A stretch of DNA of 64,000 nucleotides from Capsulimonadales bacterium (lineage in GTDB: Bacteria > Armatimonadota > Armatimonadia > Armatimonadales > Armatimonadaceae). This document shows positions 59,116 to 64,000 of this stretch, in pieces (the first letter of the stretch is position 1; each line of letters starts with the position of its first letter). The translations under genes and the position numbers were made by a program. Location of the stretch: the NCBI GenBank assembly GCA_033762295.1, contig JANRLW010000069.1, positions 64,001-128,000 of the forward strand, in the 5' to 3' direction. The notes under the pieces are model-generated. The model was not told where the DNA came from. It saw nothing but the letters and a program-made list of their open reading frames with translations, and searched no databases.

Positions 59116-60044
59116 ACCTGACTCTCGCCAAACGTCTGTTGCCCGCCGCCTCGCTTCTGCTGCTGACGATCTTCTTCGCAGTGAAGTCCCCGACCTTTCT
59201 GACTGTGGAAAATGCCTTCACCCTGGCGAACCAGTATGCTTACCTGCTCATCATCGGGATCGGCGCGACGGTGGTCATCGTCGCCGGAGGGATCGATCTC
59301 TCGGTCGGGTCGGTGCTGGCGTTATCGGGTATCGCCGCCGCGCAGGTCATGGTGCAGCGAGGATGGCCGGTCTGGGCCGGCTGTCTCTGCGGGGTCGGAG
59401 TCGGCGCGGCGATCGGACTGCTGAACGGACTGATTGTCACCCGTCTGCGGGTTCCCGCCTTTATCGCGACACTGGGAACGCTGTTGATCGCCCGGGGGCT
59501 TGCCCTGCGGATCGCAAAGGGCGTGACGATCGATGGTACGCCCGACGGATTTAATCTGCTCGCGAGTGGCCGACCGTTCGGACTGCCCGCGCCGTTGATC
59601 ACGATCGTGCTGGTCGCGGTCCTGGTGGCGTTTCTCCTGAACCAGACAAAATTCGGTAGGTATGTCTATGCGATCGGTTCGAACCCGGAGGCGGCCCGCG
59701 TTTCGGGAATCCGTACCGGTCAGGTGACCCTGCTCGTGTACGTTCTGGGCGGCGCGCTGGCCGGGCTCGCCGGATTGATCGAAACCGCACGGCTCGGTTC
59801 CGGAAATCCGACCGGCGGCAGCGGCTACGAACTCGACGTCGTAACGGCGGTGGTGGTCGGGGGGGCGTCGCTGCAGGGCGGAGAGGGCCGCGTCTCCGGA
59901 ACGATTCTCGGCGCCCTTTTGATCGCGGTTCTGCACAACGGGTCCAACCTCCTCGGCGTCGATCCGTTCGATCAGAATATCTATATCGGTATTCTCATTA
60001 TCGGCGCGGTCGCGTTCGACCAGTTCCTTCGTCGGATGCGCTGA
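59112..60044 (+). CDS. Sugar ABC transporter permease (RbsC-like)
   Basis: GGIDLSVGS, PAFIATLG, GRYVYAIGSNPEAARVSGI, YELDV..VVVGGASL.GG.G. Confidence 0.93.
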   Translation: MNLTLAKRLLPAASLLLLTIFFAVKSPTFLTVENAFTLANQYAYLLIIGIGATVVIVAGGIDLSVGSVLALSGIAAAQVMVQRGWPVWAGCLCGVGVGAAIGLLNGLIVTRLRVPAFIATLGTLLIARGLALRIAKGVTIDGTPDGFNLLASGRPFGLPAPLITIVLVAVLVAFLLNQTKFGRYVYAIGSNPEAARVSGIRTGQVTLLVYVLGGALAGLAGLIETARLGSGNPTGGSGYELDVVTAVVVGGASLQGGEGRVSGTILGALLIAVLHNGSNLLGVDPFDQNIYIGILIIGAVAFDQFLRRMR

Positions 60045-60051
60045 AGCCATC

Positions 60052-60085
60052 CCTTGCCCCCGGCGTCGGGTTGCCGGGGGCAAGG
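60052..60085. terminator. Hairpin between convergent permease and rtcB genes
   Basis: 13-bp perfect stem CCTTGCCCCCGGC/GCCGGGGGCAAGG; no U-tract. Confidence 0.55.
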
Positions 60086-60094
60086 CGGCGACCA

Positions 60095-62509
60095 TCAGTC
60101 CTTGTACGGGTCGATTTCGTTTTCCCCGGCCATCGCCACGCCGATTGGGGTCAGGGTATGCAACAGGCGGACCGTGCCGGCATGGTGGGCGAGAACCTCC
60201 TCGATCCGCTTATAGCAGTGCGGCGACTCGTCGGTTCCGCCGCCGCGCAGTTCGACCCCCTTATCGCGAACGACCCACGCTTCCATCATCCGGTGCGTGA
60301 CCGCCCCCGGCGCGATGACCTTGCCGCCTTTCATCTTGCCGCGTGCTGCGGTCCGGCTCATCACGCGTCCCGCGCCGTGAACCGTCGAGTAAAGCGACTT
60401 TCGCGCCTCCTCGCTGTCCACCCCCTCCAGGATGACCGAGATATCGCCCATCGACCCGCCGACGAACCCTTTCTGGCCGGGGAACGCGGGAGTCGCCCCC
60501 TTCCGGACCACATACATCTCCTGCCCATGGTGGGTTTCTTTCCAGGCGTAGTTATGGTGGTTGTGAATCTCCTCGACGATCTTCCCGCCCAGAATGCGCG
60601 CTACCTTCCCGCAGACCCAGTCCCGACCGGCGTACGCGTACTTTCCGGCCAGTTCCATACACTGCAGGTACTCGCTGCCGAGGGAGGAGCGCACATCCAG
60701 CACGAGTGGTTCGGCGTCCATTCCCGGTTTCGCCTGTCCCATCTCCAGAAAGTGCGTCGCCGTTTTGTGGCCGAGTCCGCGCGAACCGAAGTGGACACCG
60801 ACCCAGACCCGGTCGGCTTCATCGACGAAGAGGTCGACATAGTGATTCCCCCCGCCGATGGTTCCCAACTGGTTCCGGGCCGTCTGCTTCAGGGTTCGCA
60901 TCGCCGGAAGCTTCCAGGTCTCGTCGTCAAATAGTTCGTGGTCGACCTCCTCGTTGTTGTTCCGGCCCATTCCGAACGAGAGCTTCGAATAGATCTCGTC
61001 CATCAGCTTTTTGATTTTGGTCCGGACCTCGCGTGCCGGAATGTCCAGCCGGACCGCCTTGTTGCCGCAGTTGTGGACGACCACACCGCTGGCGACGAAG
61101 CAATGCGCCGGATCGCCGGTAACGATATCGAACACCCTCGTTTCCCCCTGCTCGGTGATCCGATCGATCGGGCACCAGACGATCTCGCCCGATACGTCCG
61201 GCGTTACGGTTTTTCCAGGCTCACGACGCACGAACACCCGGTCGCCGTCGATCGCAGGGCAGGCAAACCCGCAGGAGACATCCAGCTTGCCGGTGATGTT
61301 CGTCAGGACCTCCCGCCCGGAAGTTCCGACGGACTGCCAGAAAACACTGGCGACCTCCGAGGCCGCAAGGCGTTTCAAGGAGGCATAGCAGAACCCAACC
61401 TCCTCGCAGAGGCGCACCTGCTGCGATACGCCACCGTGCACCTGCAGCAACCAGTCCCGGCGACCCTCACGCTCTCGACCGACCGGAGCAACCGACGCGG
61501 CGTATCCCAGACTCGTCAGCAGTCGAGCGACAAAACGGAGGGTGTCGGGATTCCCACCGGATGGCTTGATCTCCGGATTGGCCTTGCCGATACCGTCGAA
61601 ACGAGGCGTCCGACAGGCCCCGCTGAAAAAACCGGAAAGGAACTGCGCTCGCATCCAGCGCGGTGACCGGAGAAGGTAGGGCATCGGATCGCAGCCCCAC
61701 TCCTTGCGGCCCAACGGTGCGCCCAACTCGGCCAGCAAGCGATGCGGAGCGGTTGCGTTGACATGGACGCGAAGTTCGGTCAGGCGTCCGTCCGGGCCCA
61801 TGCGTCCGACGATACGGGCGCTGTAACCCAATCGGGCGAAATCACGGGAGATCGCTTCGGCGTCCGCCTCCGTCGTAGCGCGGATGCTGATGCGTTTCCC
61901 GTCGCGCGACAGGTGTCCGTCGCCGCAAACGACTCCCAGAAGACGAAGGAGCGGCGCGGCGAACGACGACAGAAGAACCGGCGGCAGATCATGGCTCACG
62001 GGTGCCTCGTACGGTAATCCGAGGAAGGGTAAGCACGCCACTTTATCGCCCGGCTTCAGGTCGGCGGCGGGCTTCCAGCCGTCCGCCGTACGAATCAGAT
62101 GGTCCGGAGTGCAGGTCAATGCGCGCCCATTCGTCAGACGCATCTTCCGTACCGGCTTCACCCCGCGGTCGATCGCCCCGAGGTTCGGCAGAATCCGGCG
62201 GACGGTCTCGCCATCCCAACCGATCACGGCATGATCCGGCAGGACGGATTCGATCGGAAGGTGGAACCCGTCGTCCGTCACTACCGGGGTACCCGAGGCG
62301 ATACAACCGATGTCGTAGCCGACACCGGACGGGCTTACTTTGTCGACATAGGCGACGACCCCGCCGATCGGTACGGCATAGCCCTTGTGGTGGTCGGCCA
62401 TTAACGCGACATCGGCGGCGTCCCGCGCACACGTGACGATCTGACGGAACGCTCCGTCATCGACCGGATCGCCCCAGACCTTGATTCCGTCAATCTCCTG
62501 CATTCCCAT
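60095..62509 (-). CDS. rtcB: RtcB RNA 3'-phosphate/5'-OH ligase interrupted by an intein
   Basis: MADHHKGY..PIGG, VGYDIG|CGN, QLGTIGGGNHY, HFGSRG, HHNYA, VRKGAT, HGAGR, DESP..YK; spliced product 392 aa. Confidence 0.95.
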   Translation of the reverse strand: MGMQEIDGIKVWGDPVDDGAFRQIVTCARDAADVALMADHHKGYAVPIGGVVAYVDKVSPSGVGYDIGCIASGTPVVTDDGFHLPIESVLPDHAVIGWDGETVRRILPNLGAIDRGVKPVRKMRLTNGRALTCTPDHLIRTADGWKPAADLKPGDKVACLPFLGLPYEAPVSHDLPPVLLSSFAAPLLRLLGVVCGDGHLSRDGKRISIRATTEADAEAISRDFARLGYSARIVGRMGPDGRLTELRVHVNATAPHRLLAELGAPLGRKEWGCDPMPYLLRSPRWMRAQFLSGFFSGACRTPRFDGIGKANPEIKPSGGNPDTLRFVARLLTSLGYAASVAPVGREREGRRDWLLQVHGGVSQQVRLCEEVGFCYASLKRLAASEVASVFWQSVGTSGREVLTNITGKLDVSCGFACPAIDGDRVFVRREPGKTVTPDVSGEIVWCPIDRITEQGETRVFDIVTGDPAHCFVASGVVVHNCGNKAVRLDIPAREVRTKIKKLMDEIYSKLSFGMGRNNNEEVDHELFDDETWKLPAMRTLKQTARNQLGTIGGGNHYVDLFVDEADRVWVGVHFGSRGLGHKTATHFLEMGQAKPGMDAEPLVLDVRSSLGSEYLQCMELAGKYAYAGRDWVCGKVARILGGKIVEEIHNHHNYAWKETHHGQEMYVVRKGATPAFPGQKGFVGGSMGDISVILEGVDSEEARKSLYSTVHGAGRVMSRTAARGKMKGGKVIAPGAVTHRMMEAWVVRDKGVELRGGGTDESPHCYKRIEEVLAHHAGTVRLLHTLTPIGVAMAGENEIDPYKD
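61070..62305 (-). mobile_element. Intein (412 aa) with LAGLIDADG-type homing endonuclease domain
   Basis: Block A CIASGTPV, block B CTPDH, block C LLGVVCGDG, block F VFDI, block G VVHN followed by extein Cys; removal restores GYDIG-CGNKAV. Confidence 0.95.
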
Positions 62510-62668
62510 AAATCGTTCCTTGCTCCCACATACGAGGATTGTCCGGTGCCATGTCGCGCGGGCCGCGCGAATTGCTCAATGCGCCGTCGAATTCGATGAC
62601 TCCTGCCGGACGGGTATACTACGGGCGATGCCGCGGTTGACCGCGGCGCTACGGGAGGAAGCATCATC

Positions 62669-63010
62669 ATGCCGAAAGTGACGGTGGAGGGCCACGGTAC
62701 GTTCGACGTGCCGGAGAACAAGAAACTGGTGCTGGGTCTGGAGGACGCGGGGATTCCGATGCTGCACCGCTGCGGGGGCGTACCCGCCTGTACGACGTGT
62801 CGTGTGAAGATTCTGTCCGGCGAGGTCGCGCCGATGCAGGAAGCCGAGAAGGAGGCGCTCGAGGAGCCGGAACTGATCGCGAACTACCGGCTCTCCTGCC
62901 AGATTCGCGTGCAGAACGATCTGACCGTGGAACTCTGGAAGACGCTTCCCGAGTTTCGCGCCGAGAACAACAACCCGGAACTCGGACCCGGCGATCGACC
63001 GGCGGACTGA
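62669..63010 (+). CDS. 2Fe-2S ferredoxin
   Basis: HRCGGVPACTTC and RLSCQ; SD GGAGG upstream. Confidence 0.92.
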   Translation: MPKVTVEGHGTFDVPENKKLVLGLEDAGIPMLHRCGGVPACTTCRVKILSGEVAPMQEAEKEALEEPELIANYRLSCQIRVQNDLTVELWKTLPEFRAENNNPELGPGDRPAD

Positions 63011-63018
63011 GAGGGGGC

Positions 63019-63045
63019 TTCCCCTCCCTCGGTAAGGGAGGGGAA
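63019..63045. terminator. Hairpin between convergent ferredoxin and PEP-CTERM genes
   Basis: TTCCCCTCCCT-cggta-AGGGAGGGGAA. Confidence 0.55.
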
Positions 63046-63056
63046 TTCGCACGAGG

Positions 63057-63731
63057 CTATCGGGTTCGGCGGCGAGCGATCAGTCCGAGCAGCGGCAGAC
63101 CGGCGAGCGCCAGAGCGATCGCGCCCGGTTCCGGCGCGGGAGCGGACAACCGGAACGCCAGGGAGACATTCGGATTGACGGCCCAGACCGGGTCGTTCTG
63201 CGTCGGCGCGAAGGCGGAGTTCGGAGTCACCCCGGCGACGCTGTCCTGCCAGTAGATGGCGGACGTATCGAACGGATCGGTCAGGCCACCCTCACGCATA
63301 CGGAACCAGTACGTACCCGCAGCCAGGGTAAACTGGGGGACATTGATATCGATCCGGGTGATGTTGGCGCCGAAGTTGTCGACGATACCGGTGTCGATCG
63401 CGGAAAACTGACCGATACCGGCGGTGCCGGATTCCAGGATGGTGCCGGGAAGGTTGCTCCCGCTGTTGTCGAAAATGAACCAGGAGAACTGCCCGTTGAA
63501 CTCGCCGCCGGTGAGGTCGAAGGGGCCGACGAAGTCGGTCACGAAAAATGAAACACGCCCGATCGTGGTCGAACTGCTGAACGAGAAGTCATCGGCGAAC
63601 GCACCGACAAGTTCGCGACTGCTGGCCGGGGACGGCGCGCCGTTGTCGAAAACCACCTGTGCGTGAGCGGAGCGGGAAGCGCCGCAGGCAAGGACGCCTG
63701 CCGCAAAGACGATGGAGAGAAGCCGCTTCAT
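63057..63731 (-). CDS. PEP-CTERM exosortase-sorted surface protein
   Basis: Signal peptide (AHA-Q), beta-rich body (ADDF, LAAGTYW), C-terminal APEP + TM + RRRTR. Confidence 0.9.
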   Translation of the reverse strand: MKRLLSIVFAAGVLACGASRSAHAQVVFDNGAPSPASSRELVGAFADDFSFSSSTTIGRVSFFVTDFVGPFDLTGGEFNGQFSWFIFDNSGSNLPGTILESGTAGIGQFSAIDTGIVDNFGANITRIDINVPQFTLAAGTYWFRMREGGLTDPFDTSAIYWQDSVAGVTPNSAFAPTQNDPVWAVNPNVSLAFRLSAPAPEPGAIALALAGLPLLGLIARRRTR

Positions 63732-63861
63732 AGCAACCCTGTCCTTTCTAATTTTGGCTCCGTCCGCCGCTCTTGCCGACGCGGTGAGGACACCGATGGG
63801 ATTCTACCCATAAGCCAAAATTTTCAATCATTACCAGCCGTCAATGAACAAATTCAGGCTG

Positions 63862-63900
63862 AAAAAATGGAACGGTTTCGATGAAACCGTTCCATTTTTT
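63862..63900. terminator. Bidirectional-type intrinsic terminator
   Basis: Perfect 18-bp inverted repeat AAAAAATGGAACGGTTTC-gat-GAAACCGTTCCATTTTTT. Confidence 0.85.
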
Positions 63901-63921
63901 TCGGTGATGGTGTCGGGTCAG

Positions 63922-64000
63922 TCAGCGCAGGTCCGACCAGCGGGTCAGTTCGCTACGGACATTACAGCCCCAGTGAATGCCGCGGTCCTGCACATTCTCC
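63922..64000 (-). CDS. Probable 3' end of a gene entering from beyond the window
   Basis: Open frame ..ENVQDRGIHWGCNVRSELTRWSDLR* ending just before the terminator. Confidence 0.45.
   Translation of the reverse strand, partial: ENVQDRGIHWGCNVRSELTRWSDLR

Noticed and set aside
62510..63010. Functional link between the divergent ferredoxin and rtcB
   Set aside because: Adjacency is the only evidence; no rtcA, rtcR, archease or shared operator is visible.
63862..63900. 18-bp perfect inverted repeat as a transposon end or MITE
   Set aside because: The 3-nt loop, A/T tails and position just after a stop codon fit an intrinsic terminator.

Overview
A GC-rich, densely coding bacterial chromosomal window with about 50 genes. 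The mix of PEP-CTERM, PSD1/DUF1501 pairs, TolC and VanW suggests a diderm such as Armatimonadota, but this is inference only. Housekeeping genes: proS, purH-rpiA behind a ZMP/ZTP riboswitch, cysE, sthA, rpsF-ssb-rpsR with an S6:S18 leader, ppk1, class II fba, typA. Sugar genes: kdgK-eda, a YagF-like dehydratase, a CE7 esterase, two Gfo/Idh/MocA oxidoreductases and an Rbs-type ABC importer. There is also a wHTH-TolC-ABC-HlyD export operon. Most notable: (1) a four-gene TerY-P/Yeg-like cassette with two tandem membrane kinases, a vWA protein and a PP2C phosphatase; (2) an rtcB gene split at its catalytic Cys by a 412-aa intein with a degenerate LAGLIDADG domain; (3) two cytochrome-c PSD1 + Tat DUF1501 modules tied to sugar genes; (4) intact ORFs that have lost catalytic residues (an enolase-family protein, a CtpA paralog, a TOPRIM-like protein). 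No tRNA, rRNA, CRISPR array, transposase or integrase was recognised. All family calls come from motif recognition by eye, not database searches.
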